From a virus (taxonomy: Duplodnaviria; Caudoviricetes): a DNA stretch of 28,276 bases. Shown piece after piece: positions 1 through 8,370 of this stretch (positions are counted from its first letter, which is position 1; each line of letters starts with the position of its first letter). The stretch lies in the IMG/VR virus record IMGVR_UViG_3300032303_001862, positions 1-28,276 of that record; one strand, written 5' to 3'. The notes under the pieces are model-generated. The model saw only the letters and a program-made list of their open reading frames with translations. It had not been told where the DNA came from and did no database searches. The position numbers and the translations under genes were made by a program.

Positions 1-624
1 CGTGTTTACGGTTATATGGGACTGGCTACACTGGTAAGTATGCTGGTTAGTTTCTTCGTAGGAACTAATCCAGAGTTGGTAAAGTTTTTCTTCACAGGTG
101 CAATGCATTGGGTAGTAATATTGGCACCCATTGCGGCAGTATTTGGGATTGGCTACGCACTTAGTAACGATCCACCAAAAGAAACTGCTGTCTTATTGTT
201 GGCAGGCTTTGCGGCTATTATGGGTCTGAGTTTTGCTGTGATCTTTGCTGTCTACACTATGAGCAGTATCTTTAGTGCCTTTATGGGTGCGTCAGTATTA
301 TTTGGTACTATGAGCTTCTATGGATACTTTACCAAACGAAGCCTAGATAGTCTAGGCAAGTTTATGTTTGTTGGTCTGATTGCCATCATCATTGCCAGCA
401 TCATCAATATCTTTATTGGTAGCTCAGTAATGCAGATGGTTATCTCGGCCCTGGCTATTGTGATCTTCATGGGCTTAACTGCCTACGACACACAACAGAT
501 TCGTGAAATGGTCAGTACAGACTCTAGCCCAGCCGCTGAAGTATTGGGTGCGTTGACCTTGTACTTGGACTTTATCAATATCTTCTTGAGCTTGCTACAA
601 CTGTTTGGCGATAAGAAAGATTAA
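1..624 (+). CDS. Bax inhibitor-1/YccA family membrane protein (5' truncated by window)
   Basis: Frame is open from base 1 (RVYGYMGL...). About 7 hydrophobic segments; family motifs YT..SI..AF, GLTAYDTQQI and GALTLYLDFINIFLSLLQLFG. Confidence 0.9.
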   Translation, partial: RVYGYMGLATLVSMLVSFFVGTNPELVKFFFTGAMHWVVILAPIAAVFGIGYALSNDPPKETAVLLLAGFAAIMGLSFAVIFAVYTMSSIFSAFMGASVLFGTMSFYGYFTKRSLDSLGKFMFVGLIAIIIASIINIFIGSSVMQMVISALAIVIFMGLTAYDTQQIREMVSTDSSPAAEVLGALTLYLDFINIFLSLLQLFGDKKD

Positions 625-625
625 T

Positions 626-1066
626 ATGAAGCTGTTTGGACGTAGTAGTGGATACTATCTATTTTGGACAGGCTTTATCTACTTCTGGGTGGGCATGTAC
701 CTTGCATTTACACATGCCGCCCAACCGGAACTTGCTACACTAGGATTTGTACTGGCTCTTAGTGTACCACTTTGGTGTCCGCCAGTTGCTCGTCATTTTA
801 ACATGGAGCCTGTAATGTTTGATTTGTTTAAGAAAAAGACAATGCCTAAAAATGTTTTGCCGTTTCCTGCGCCTAAATCAGTGGCGCCAGTAGAGCCGCC
901 TGCTCCTAAGGAAAAGGATCCAACTACCTATTACACTATCGGTCATACTGATGATAATCGTGTAACTATGCGAATGGGTTATACCACACTTACTATGAAC
1001 TATCAAGGTGTTCAAAATCTTATCGATCAACTTGAATTGTACCAAAATCAATTGAGAGAAGAATGA
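626..1066 (+). CDS. hypothetical membrane protein (2 predicted TM helices, Pro-rich linker, small C-terminal domain)
   Basis: ATG at 626 directly follows the upstream TAA (622-624), so it is preferred over 605. The stop overlaps the next ATG (ATGA at 1063). Confidence 0.7.
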   Translation: MKLFGRSSGYYLFWTGFIYFWVGMYLAFTHAAQPELATLGFVLALSVPLWCPPVARHFNMEPVMFDLFKKKTMPKNVLPFPAPKSVAPVEPPAPKEKDPTTYYTIGHTDDNRVTMRMGYTTLTMNYQGVQNLIDQLELYQNQLREE

Positions 1067-1479
1067 AGTTCTTTGAACCCTTACGTGATGACCTAATGGT
1101 ACAGCAACAGATCACCAATAGCTGGGAACACATGGTAGGAGTTATCATGCTAAATCAAACTGGTCGTAGGCCTGTTAAAATGACCTTGCCGGAATTCTTA
1201 TATTGGTTTCCTACACCACATGCATTGTTACAAGCAGACGAAGATTTTGTTAAAACTATTATAGCACCATTGGGTATGCTCAACGTTCGCTATACCAGAT
1301 TAATCCGTATGACCGAGGATTACTTGACCTGGGACGGAGATGATGCTACAATGTTATATGGCATTGGAAAGTATGGTAGCGACAGTTACGAAATATTTTT
1401 CAAACAGAACTATAGTGTAGAACCTACAGACAAAGAATTAAAACGATATTTACAAGAGGAAATAGAATGCCCAATTTAG
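1063..1479 (+). CDS. HhH-GPD DNA glycosylase, MBD4 catalytic-domain-like
   Basis: Motifs [23 protein letters not shown], the Hh[16 protein letters not shown] and VEPTDKEL..Y with the catalytic Asp. No FCL Fe-S motif. Confidence 0.85.
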   Translation: MKFFEPLRDDLMVQQQITNSWEHMVGVIMLNQTGRRPVKMTLPEFLYWFPTPHALLQADEDFVKTIIAPLGMLNVRYTRLIRMTEDYLTWDGDDATMLYGIGKYGSDSYEIFFKQNYSVEPTDKELKRYLQEEIECPI

Positions 1480-2057
1480 TACCAATGGTAATCGAGCAAG
1501 AAGCTCGTGGGGAACGCAGTTACGACATTTATAGTCGATTATTGAAGGACCGTATTGTTATGCTAGATACGGATGTTAACGAGCACTCTGCTAGTTTACT
1601 AGTAGCACAGTTCTTATTTTTAGAGAGTCAAGGCAATGAAGACATTAATTTCTTTATTAATTCCCCTGGGGGCGTTGTTACTGCTGGCATGGCTATATAT
1701 GACACTATACAATTTATTAAGCCCGATGTTGCGACTATTGTAATGGGTCAAGCCTGTAGTATGGGCAGTTTGCTGGCCACTGCCGGTGCTCCTGGCAAGC
1801 GTAAAATGCTACCAAATGCTCGTCACATGATTCACCAGCCCTCGGGAGGTGCTGGAGGGCAGGCCACTGACATGGAAATCCAGGTAAAAGAGATCCTAAA
1901 AATGAAGCAAAATCTTACTCAAATTTATGTTAAGCATAATAGTAAGGGCAAGACTTATGAAGAGTTTTTGGCAGCTATGGAGCGGGATAATTTTATGAGT
2001 GCGCAAGAAGCACTAGATTATGGTTTGATTGACGAGATCATAACAAAACGTCCATAA
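1467..2057 (+). CDS. clpP: ATP-dependent Clp protease proteolytic subunit
   Basis: [31 protein letters not shown], and catalytic triad motifs QACSMGS, MIHQP and ERDNFMSA. Confidence 0.97.
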   Translation: MPNLVPMVIEQEARGERSYDIYSRLLKDRIVMLDTDVNEHSASLLVAQFLFLESQGNEDINFFINSPGGVVTAGMAIYDTIQFIKPDVATIVMGQACSMGSLLATAGAPGKRKMLPNARHMIHQPSGGAGGQATDMEIQVKEILKMKQNLTQIYVKHNSKGKTYEEFLAAMERDNFMSAQEALDYGLIDEIITKRP

Positions 2058-2699
2058 TTAAAACTTAGCGATATCTAATATACGTTGTAATTCTAGGGAT
2101 TCTTTTATCCCTAGTCTTGCCATTGCGGCACGAGTTTCTGGGCCCATGCGTCCGTCTGCACCAAACTTAGATAATGCGTTAGGATCTTTGGCCAGTATTC
2201 TATCCTGTAACTCTTTTACTTTGGGATCAACTGGTAGCAAGGTTTTTCCAGATTGCCCAGGTGCAACTGTTTGTGACGTGTTATCGCCTGATACAGACTG
2301 GCCGCTTTTAGGTAATTGATTCTTTATTTTTTGATACTGTTCAGCATCTTGCTTCATTGTTTTGTAGTTTGCTATCCTAAAAGCATTGTGTTTGTTTGGG
2401 GTTTGCTGAAAATCCCGTATCGCATTATCTATATTTGCTTGTATTTGAGAAGGGTCTCTTGGATCAAGATCACCTTTAGAGGCATCAATGCCCTGAAAAT
2501 CTGGATCTAATAATGCCGCATGTACGGTATGTTCAAAGCTGTAAGTGCCATCCACTCCCGGCACTGTAAATGGTATTTGTTTACCATGGTTAGTAAACCC
2601 AAATTTTCTTGCTCGATTGCGTAACTCATCTTGCGATAGGTGGGTGCCACCAGCGTATTCGTAGTCGGCTTCTGCTAGGTATTCTCTAAAACTTTTCAT
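2058..2699 (-). CDS. putative internal head protein with capsid-targeting-like N-terminus and C-terminal peptidoglycan-binding-like domain
   Basis: N-terminus MKSFREYLAE resembles the T4 internal-protein CTS MKTYQEFIAE. C-terminal VKELQDRI...GADGRMGPETRAAM is PG_binding_1-like. A TATAAATA late box lies just upstream. Confidence 0.65.
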   Translation of the reverse strand: MKSFREYLAEADYEYAGGTHLSQDELRNRARKFGFTNHGKQIPFTVPGVDGTYSFEHTVHAALLDPDFQGIDASKGDLDPRDPSQIQANIDNAIRDFQQTPNKHNAFRIANYKTMKQDAEQYQKIKNQLPKSGQSVSGDNTSQTVAPGQSGKTLLPVDPKVKELQDRILAKDPNALSKFGADGRMGPETRAAMARLGIKESLELQRILDIAKF

Positions 2700-2703
2700 A
2701 ATA

Positions 2704-2742
2704 TTATTTATATTCTGCTAGATATTGCTTGAAAGTCTTCAT
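2704..2742 (-). CDS. 12-aa minigene or gene remnant MKTFKQYLAEYK (capsid-targeting-sequence-like)
   Basis: Minus strand reads ATG AAG ACT TTC AAG CAA TAT CTA GCA GAA TAT AAA TAA, 7 nt downstream of a CATAAATA box. Confidence 0.5.
   Translation of the reverse strand: MKTFKQYLAEYK
2705..2712 (-). promoter_or_regulatory. T4-type late promoter TATAAATA (near-leaderless transcript for 2058..2699)
   Basis: Exact TATAAATA on the minus strand, 5 nt before the ATG at 2699; no SD sequence. Confidence 0.7.
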
Positions 2743-2749
2743 AGTACTA

Positions 2750-2757
2750 TATTTATG
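2750..2757 (-). promoter_or_regulatory. late promoter variant CATAAATA
   Basis: Minus strand CATAAATA-TAGTACT-ATG in front of the minigene. Confidence 0.55.
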
Positions 2758-2802
2758 TTAAGACGATTTTTAACAATAAAACGCCCATAAAGTACGTATA
2801 TA

Positions 2803-2851
2803 ATGGCACACCCTAGTATACTATAAATATGTATACCAGGAGTGTGTCATG
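2803..2851 (+). promoter_or_regulatory. late promoter TATAAATA (2822-2829) in the loop of an RBS-sequestering hairpin
   Basis: ATGGCACAC-CCT-A-GTATAC pairs with GTATAC-C-AGG-A-GTGTGTCAT. The 3' arm contains the SD AGGAG (2838-2842) and part of the start codon. Confidence 0.75.
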
Positions 2852-3574
2852 TCTCAACTACCGTTTAATTGGTCGGAACTTACCCGCAGTAACCTGTACT
2901 CTATGTTCTATTCGCTTAACCGTGAAATAGTGGGCAAAGAGTTATCCCCCAGCCAAATACAAAAGCGTATTACAAGACACATTAAAGCCCATATTCCTGT
3001 CAAAATTAAAAAATGCTCGTATGCGCCAACGACTAGTGGATATGTTTTTATGGGCGGGGTATATTATAGCGATTTAGATCATAAGAGCAAACCTGCAATC
3101 GAAGTTAATTTTAACTACAATCCCGCAGATCGAAAGTTAAAGATAACTCAGCATCGCTTCAAGCGCATGGCTGTTAGATTTGCTGATGTTGTATTACACG
3201 AAATTGTGCATCAACGCCAATTCCGTGCCCGCAATTTTAAAAATATTCATGGGTACGAAAGCACTGCCTATTATGCCACTGATCGTAAAAAGCAAGAGTA
3301 CTACGGTGACAGAGACGAAATGGGCGCACATGCATTTAATTGTGCCTGTGAATTGATTGATCGTTTTGGGTACGATCCTACGACAATTGGGCGATACCTA
3401 GATTCAAACGATTGCCGTAGACATAAAAATTCAACTTGGAATGATTATTTAAAAGCATTTGATTGGAATCATAGCCATCCAATTATACGCAGAATGAGAA
3501 ATTTAATCATGCGTAATTTGGAAAATGCCTACTACGGCAAGCCATTTAAAACAACAAATCACTTGACATATTAA
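2849..3574 (+). CDS. hypothetical late protein with HExxH zincin-like motif
   Basis: VLHEIVHQRQ followed by YY...DEMGAHA (possible third ligand Glu); good SD and late promoter. Confidence 0.65.
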   Translation: MSQLPFNWSELTRSNLYSMFYSLNREIVGKELSPSQIQKRITRHIKAHIPVKIKKCSYAPTTSGYVFMGGVYYSDLDHKSKPAIEVNFNYNPADRKLKITQHRFKRMAVRFADVVLHEIVHQRQFRARNFKNIHGYESTAYYATDRKKQEYYGDRDEMGAHAFNCACELIDRFGYDPTTIGRYLDSNDCRRHKNSTWNDYLKAFDWNHSHPIIRRMRNLIMRNLENAYYGKPFKTTNHLTY

Positions 3575-3591
3575 TAATTAGACTGTATAAT
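3563..3591 (+). promoter_or_regulatory. sigma70-type early promoter
   Basis: TTGACA (3563-3568), 17 nt spacer, TATAAT (3586-3591): perfect consensus upstream of the ligase. Confidence 0.85.
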
Positions 3592-3623
3592 ATACACTTA
3601 TACAGTCAATTATTGGAGTCAAC

Positions 3624-4937
3624 ATGAGCGTTTGTGCCAGTCATATTTGGAGTTTGGAAAGTCATCCAAGCCGTTTAAACAAAGAAGCTATTATTGAACA
3701 GATTGCACAAGAAAAGTGTGACGAGTTTTTTGAAGGTTGTCGCTTGGCGTTGGATCCAATGATTACTTTTGGTATTAAACAAGTTCCGGAGAAAACAGAT
3801 GAGGATGGCACTGGCTTACCTTGGGATAGCTTTACTCTCGCTCTTACTGGTTTTGTCACTCGCAACGTCACCGGTAATACAGCACGGGATGTAATCCAGG
3901 CTATGATGAAATCTGCCACTAAGGCAGAATGGAATGGTTGGTATCGACGCATACTGATCAAAGACTTGCGGTGTGGTGTAAGCGAAAAAACAATTAATAA
4001 AGTAGTGGAAAAGAAATATGCTGACTATGCTATTCCTGTATTCGGTTGTCAGCTTGCTCATGATAGTGCTAATCATGAGTCGAAGGTATCGGGCGAAAAA
4101 CTTATCGAAGTTAAACTCGACGGAGTTAGAGTTATTACTATTGTACGTACTGATGGTCGGGTGGATATGTTCAGTCGAAATGGTAAAGAACTTGCTAACT
4201 TTCCTCATATAGCAGAACAGATTAGTGCAGTGGTTAAAAAGACGCCACCCCCATATGATGTTGTACTCGATGGAGAAATTATGTCTAGTAGCTTTCAAGA
4301 CCTAATGACACAAGTACATCGTAAGAGTGATGTTAAAGCTAACGATGCTGTCCTTAACCTGTTTGATTTTATTCCTTTGGAAAATTTTGAAAAAGGTAGC
4401 TGGGATCGTACTCAACTCATCCGTAGCCAAATGGTGCAGGCTTGGGTTAATACTAATCAAAATACTATGCCAAATGTAAAAGCGTTGGCTTTTGAAAAAG
4501 TTGATCTAGCTACTCCTGAAGGGCAGTTGCGTTTTAAAGAAATTAATGCACAGGCAGTTGCTGGTGGGTACGAAGGTATTATGATTAAAGATCCAGAAGC
4601 TGGATATGAATGTAAGCGTAGTGTTGCATGGCTGAAGTTAAAGCCATTCATTGAAGTGAGCCTTACTGTGATTACCACAGAAGAGGGAACTGGTAAGAAT
4701 GTTGGAAAAATGGGTGCATTAGTTTGTGAAGGAGTAGATGATGGAAAAGCTATTCGTGTTAATGTTGGTAGTGGCTTTACTGATGAGCAACGGGACGAGT
4801 TTTGGTCATGTCGAGTCGACGGACAGATCGTTGAAGTTAGAGCTGATGCAATAACACAAAATCAAGACGGTACTTATAGTTTACGGTTTCCGCGATTTAA
4901 ATCATTTCGCGGATTTGTAGCAGGTGAAAAAATTTAA
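3624..4937 (+). CDS. ATP-dependent DNA ligase (phage type)
   Basis: Motif I EVKLDGVR, LDGEI, FD, motif IV EGIMIKD, motif V WLKLKP and motif VI SLRFPRF; SD GGAG. Confidence 0.95.
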   Translation: MSVCASHIWSLESHPSRLNKEAIIEQIAQEKCDEFFEGCRLALDPMITFGIKQVPEKTDEDGTGLPWDSFTLALTGFVTRNVTGNTARDVIQAMMKSATKAEWNGWYRRILIKDLRCGVSEKTINKVVEKKYADYAIPVFGCQLAHDSANHESKVSGEKLIEVKLDGVRVITIVRTDGRVDMFSRNGKELANFPHIAEQISAVVKKTPPPYDVVLDGEIMSSSFQDLMTQVHRKSDVKANDAVLNLFDFIPLENFEKGSWDRTQLIRSQMVQAWVNTNQNTMPNVKALAFEKVDLATPEGQLRFKEINAQAVAGGYEGIMIKDPEAGYECKRSVAWLKLKPFIEVSLTVITTEEGTGKNVGKMGALVCEGVDDGKAIRVNVGSGFTDEQRDEFWSCRVDGQIVEVRADAITQNQDGTYSLRFPRFKSFRGFVAGEKI

Positions 4938-4942
4938 ATAGT

Positions 4943-5080
4943 ATGTATAAATTAAGATGGTGGGATACTACCCACGTATTGAGATCAAAAATATTTGCTA
5001 GTCTAGGCGAGGCAATATATTTTTCAATTTATAAAACACCATTTCAAAGCATGTACGGCATCGATTTAATTAAGGAATAA
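4943..5080 (+). CDS. small hypothetical protein, 45 aa (below ORF-track cutoff)
   Basis: MYKLRWWDTTHVLRSKIFASLGEAIYFSIYKTPFQSMYGIDLIKE* fills the ligase-to-next-gene gap exactly; TTTAAATA box at 4933-4940 ends 2 nt before the ATG. Confidence 0.6.
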   Translation: MYKLRWWDTTHVLRSKIFASLGEAIYFSIYKTPFQSMYGIDLIKE

Positions 5081-5082
5081 AA

Positions 5083-5913
5083 ATGCGTAGTAATTATTGG
5101 TCATGTTCAAAATTTGCAGACTGGCTTCGCGGCACTGCTAAACTAGGTGCAGGTACTAGCGAGCAATGGGATGAGTGGCGCACTGTTGCCCAAATGCGGC
5201 ATAACTTTCGTTATTGGCTAGCTGAAGAAGCCCTAGATGCAGTACAAAATTTTGTTAACTGGCCTATGGACAAATTAAATGACATCAGATATTATATCAA
5301 TAATCGTTGGGTCAGTAAGAGTCATGCTCTTACTGCCGACCCTCGTGATATCCGCCCTGGCAGTTGGAGTGACGTTGGTAATCGGTTTCTCCCTTGTCTT
5401 TTTAAAGAACTTGTGGACTTTGTTGAAATAGAACAAGCATGGCATTACTGCATGTGGAACGATGAAGAACAAAAGAAATACAATGTTCCATGGTGGCGTA
5501 GTGGCTGGTTGCGTTGGCGTATTTGGCGTTCACCAGAAGCTGGCTTGGCTTATTTAAATTGGGCCAGCACTCTTACTAACGAAGAGTTCTTAGACGAGGA
5601 TAAGAAGAGCGAAGCTGTTCCTACTTACCAAGCTACTGCCGCTAAGGAAATTATTGAGCTGTATACTTGGTGGACAGTTACCTATCGCAATCGTCCAGAT
5701 GCCTATGATGCAAGTGGCTGGACTGCTGTATGCGAGGAAATGCGTATTGCCAATGGTGGGCGGCTACATTTTGGTGCTGAAAAGGATCCTGCACTTAAAA
5801 AGAAAAGTGACAAGGCTCACAAACTTTTGCGTAAGATTGAAGCAGACTACGAGAAAGAAGATGAAGCTATGATGATTCGTCTTATTAAAATTCGCCAAAG
5901 TCTGTGGACATAG
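5083..5913 (+). CDS. Trp-rich hypothetical phage protein
   Basis: 276-aa ORF with SD TAAGGA upstream; no recognisable catalytic motif. Confidence 0.75.
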   Translation: MRSNYWSCSKFADWLRGTAKLGAGTSEQWDEWRTVAQMRHNFRYWLAEEALDAVQNFVNWPMDKLNDIRYYINNRWVSKSHALTADPRDIRPGSWSDVGNRFLPCLFKELVDFVEIEQAWHYCMWNDEEQKKYNVPWWRSGWLRWRIWRSPEAGLAYLNWASTLTNEEFLDEDKKSEAVPTYQATAAKEIIELYTWWTVTYRNRPDAYDASGWTAVCEEMRIANGGRLHFGAEKDPALKKKSDKAHKLLRKIEADYEKEDEAMMIRLIKIRQSLWT

Positions 5914-6134
5914 AATATCGTAAAAACGGACGTAAGTGGTTGGCCGAAGTTTGGGAAGAGCCAGTCCAAAAATTATCCGGCATAGATTGCACAGTACCGT
6001 CATCAGAAGAGCAGTATATAGAAATTAATCAGTGGTGCGTTACTACGCTTAAATACCATGCTCGCACAGCCTATCATGTGTTTGAGTTTAAAAATAAAAA
6101 GGATCTGGAATGGTTTCTGCTAAGGTGGTCTTAG
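5904..6134 (+). CDS. small hypothetical phage protein
   Basis: GTG start overlapping the upstream stop region; ends FEFKNKKDLEWFLLRWS, a C-terminus typical of small proteins in large phages. Confidence 0.65.
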   Translation: MDIEYRKNGRKWLAEVWEEPVQKLSGIDCTVPSSEEQYIEINQWCVTTLKYHARTAYHVFEFKNKKDLEWFLLRWS

Positions 6135-6184
6135 AAAAATTATACCGAAAGTATAAAAGAAAATATATAAAAAAGAAAAATGAA

Positions 6185-7426
6185 ATGACTAAAACTACAC
6201 TATGCGCAGTACCCTGGATGCATTTAAATTTTGAGCCTAATGGAAAAGTAGTTCCTTGCTGTCTAACTAGTCATCATAATTATTTTGCTGGTGATCTTAA
6301 CAAAGAAAGTATTGAAGAAATTTGGAACAGCAAAAACATGAAAGAGTTGCGTAAACAATTTCTCGCTGGCGAAGAACCTAAAATTTGTGCTACTTGTTTT
6401 GATCGCGAAAAAGTAACAGGTGAAAGCGGCCGATATTATCAAAATAAAGAATTTCCAAATGTTATAAAAATCATTCCACAAATAACAGAACCAGACGGAA
6501 CTGTTCCTGATATGAAATTAATGTATTGGGATTTTCGTTTTAGTAATCTATGTAATTATAAATGTCGATCGTGTGGCCCACGATATAGTTCATCATGGGT
6601 TCCTGATTATAAAAAATTAGGTTGGCCCCTGACCGATTCCGACAAAGTTACCAGCATCGGAAATGTTGAAGATCAAACAAATTATGATTTTTTAAAAGAT
6701 CAAGTCAAGCACGTACAGAAAGTTTATTTTGCAGGTGGCGAACCATTGCTCATGCCCGAACACTGGCAAACATTAGACCTACTAGTAGAAAATAAAAGAT
6801 TTGATGTAAAGATTAGTTACAATACTAACTGTTCTACACTAACCTACGGCGGCAAAAATGCACTCGATTATTGGCGTCAATGGGATGATTGGAAGATCGA
6901 AGTATGGCCGAGTATTGACGAAATTGGCGAACGTGCTGAACTTATTCGTTCCGGAACAGTTTGGTCTAAGGTGGAAGAAAATTTAAAACTGCTAACCACC
7001 TTAGATAATATTACCATACGGCCAGGCATGACCATAGGTGCATGGAATGTTAGACGCTTGCCGGCAATTATCAAACACCTAGTAGATATCGGAGTTGTTA
7101 GTGCCAAACATAAGTATCAAAACTTCTTTATTAACTTGTTACAGCACCCAACACATTATCATGTGCATATACTCCCCGACCAATACCGTCAAGAAACTAT
7201 TGCAGAATTACAGGCCTTTATTGCCGAACATAATAAAAAATACAATACCACAATCGATCACGCATTCACGCACATTATACATGAGCTAAATCAACCTTAT
7301 GACCGTGCTGCCGCAGAGAAATTTATGTGGAATACTGAACAAGTAGATCGTATTAGAGAAGAAGATATTTTTGCAGTTATTCCCGAAATGGCTATTGTCA
7401 GGGATTATTTAAAAGAAACAAAATGA
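6185..7426 (+). CDS. radical SAM protein with N-terminal SPASM/twitch-like Cys module
   Basis: CNYKCRSC (CxxxCxxC), FAGGEP, YNTN and SID motifs; N-terminal CAVPW...VVPCC...CATC. Start is uncertain (6110 or 6185). Confidence 0.9.
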   Translation: MTKTTLCAVPWMHLNFEPNGKVVPCCLTSHHNYFAGDLNKESIEEIWNSKNMKELRKQFLAGEEPKICATCFDREKVTGESGRYYQNKEFPNVIKIIPQITEPDGTVPDMKLMYWDFRFSNLCNYKCRSCGPRYSSSWVPDYKKLGWPLTDSDKVTSIGNVEDQTNYDFLKDQVKHVQKVYFAGGEPLLMPEHWQTLDLLVENKRFDVKISYNTNCSTLTYGGKNALDYWRQWDDWKIEVWPSIDEIGERAELIRSGTVWSKVEENLKLLTTLDNITIRPGMTIGAWNVRRLPAIIKHLVDIGVVSAKHKYQNFFINLLQHPTHYHVHILPDQYRQETIAELQAFIAEHNKKYNTTIDHAFTHIIHELNQPYDRAAAEKFMWNTEQVDRIREEDIFAVIPEMAIVRDYLKETK

Positions 7427-8370
7427 AAAAGATCATACGTGTTATACAAGATAATCCGGATCTGATGCACCTAACTTGGGTCATTAACAATATATGCCCC
7501 AACGCATGTAGTTACTGTCCATCCGTATTACACAATGGACAAAATCACCACTACAACTGGGACAATGCAAGAATATTTTTTAAGATGTTGTTTGAAAGAT
7601 ACCCTAAGATACATTGTAGTATCAGCGGTGGTGAGCCTAGTGTCAGCCCGTTTTTTAAAGAGCTCGTTGAAATATTCCACAATGCAGGACACACTGTTGG
7701 TATTACTAGTAATGCCGCTAAACCTGCAAGATTTTGGGAAGAAGTAGCACCATACTTAAATTATATTTGTTTTAGCTATCATCCTGAATTTCCTGATCCT
7801 AATTTTATTAAAAAGGTCGAGGCGGCGTCAAAGCATACTCGAGTCACTGTTCGGGTGATGATGCATCCTCAATATTGGGATCAAGCAGTTGAAATGTATC
7901 ACAAATTGTATGCATTACCGCATTCCTTTGCCGAGCCTGTACGATTAGTTGACTGGGGGACCCAGGACAAAAGTATTTTTAATTATACTGAAGAACAATT
8001 ACAGTTCTTCGTTAACAATAATAGACTGGCTGATAAAATGTTAACTCATATATCTCATATTAAGCCGGTAGATATAATATCAACATTTTATTATGACGAC
8101 GGAAGTCGGCAGGCAAATGCATCGGCCAATGATGCTGTTAATGCCGGACTAACAAACTTTTTAGGATACACTTGCGAAGTAGGATTAAAATCATTGTTTA
8201 TTGGTTACCAAGGACAGATATACTTAGGAAACTGTATGATCGGTAATTCGATAGGAACCATCAATGAGCCGTTTAATGTACAATGGCCTACTACTCCGGT
8301 TGTATGTCCTAAGACCTTATGTCATTGTTCTAGTGACGTTAATATTAATAAATGGATAACAAATGAATGA
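7423..8370 (+). CDS. radical SAM protein with C-terminal twitch-like Cys cluster
   Basis: CPNACSYC, SGGEP, ITSN and FSYH motifs; C-terminal CEVG...GNC...CPKTLCHC; ATGA coupling to the upstream gene. Confidence 0.9.
   Translation: MKKIIRVIQDNPDLMHLTWVINNICPNACSYCPSVLHNGQNHHYNWDNARIFFKMLFERYPKIHCSISGGEPSVSPFFKELVEIFHNAGHTVGITSNAAKPARFWEEVAPYLNYICFSYHPEFPDPNFIKKVEAASKHTRVTVRVMMHPQYWDQAVEMYHKLYALPHSFAEPVRLVDWGTQDKSIFNYTEEQLQFFVNNNRLADKMLTHISHIKPVDIISTFYYDDGSRQANASANDAVNAGLTNFLGYTCEVGLKSLFIGYQGQIYLGNCMIGNSIGTINEPFNVQWPTTPVVCPKTLCHCSSDVNINKWITNE

Noticed and set aside
6110-6184. Lys-rich N-terminal extension of the first radical SAM protein
   Set aside because: It overlaps the upstream gene and is low-complexity A-rich sequence. 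The domain begins at ATG 6185. It may be a remnant, but I cannot support that from the sequence.
6185-8370. Radical SAM pair as QueE, MoaA or a RiPP maturase system
   Set aside because: Length and auxiliary Cys patterns do not match QueE, there is no MoaA C-terminal GG, and no precursor peptide or RRE domain is evident nearby.
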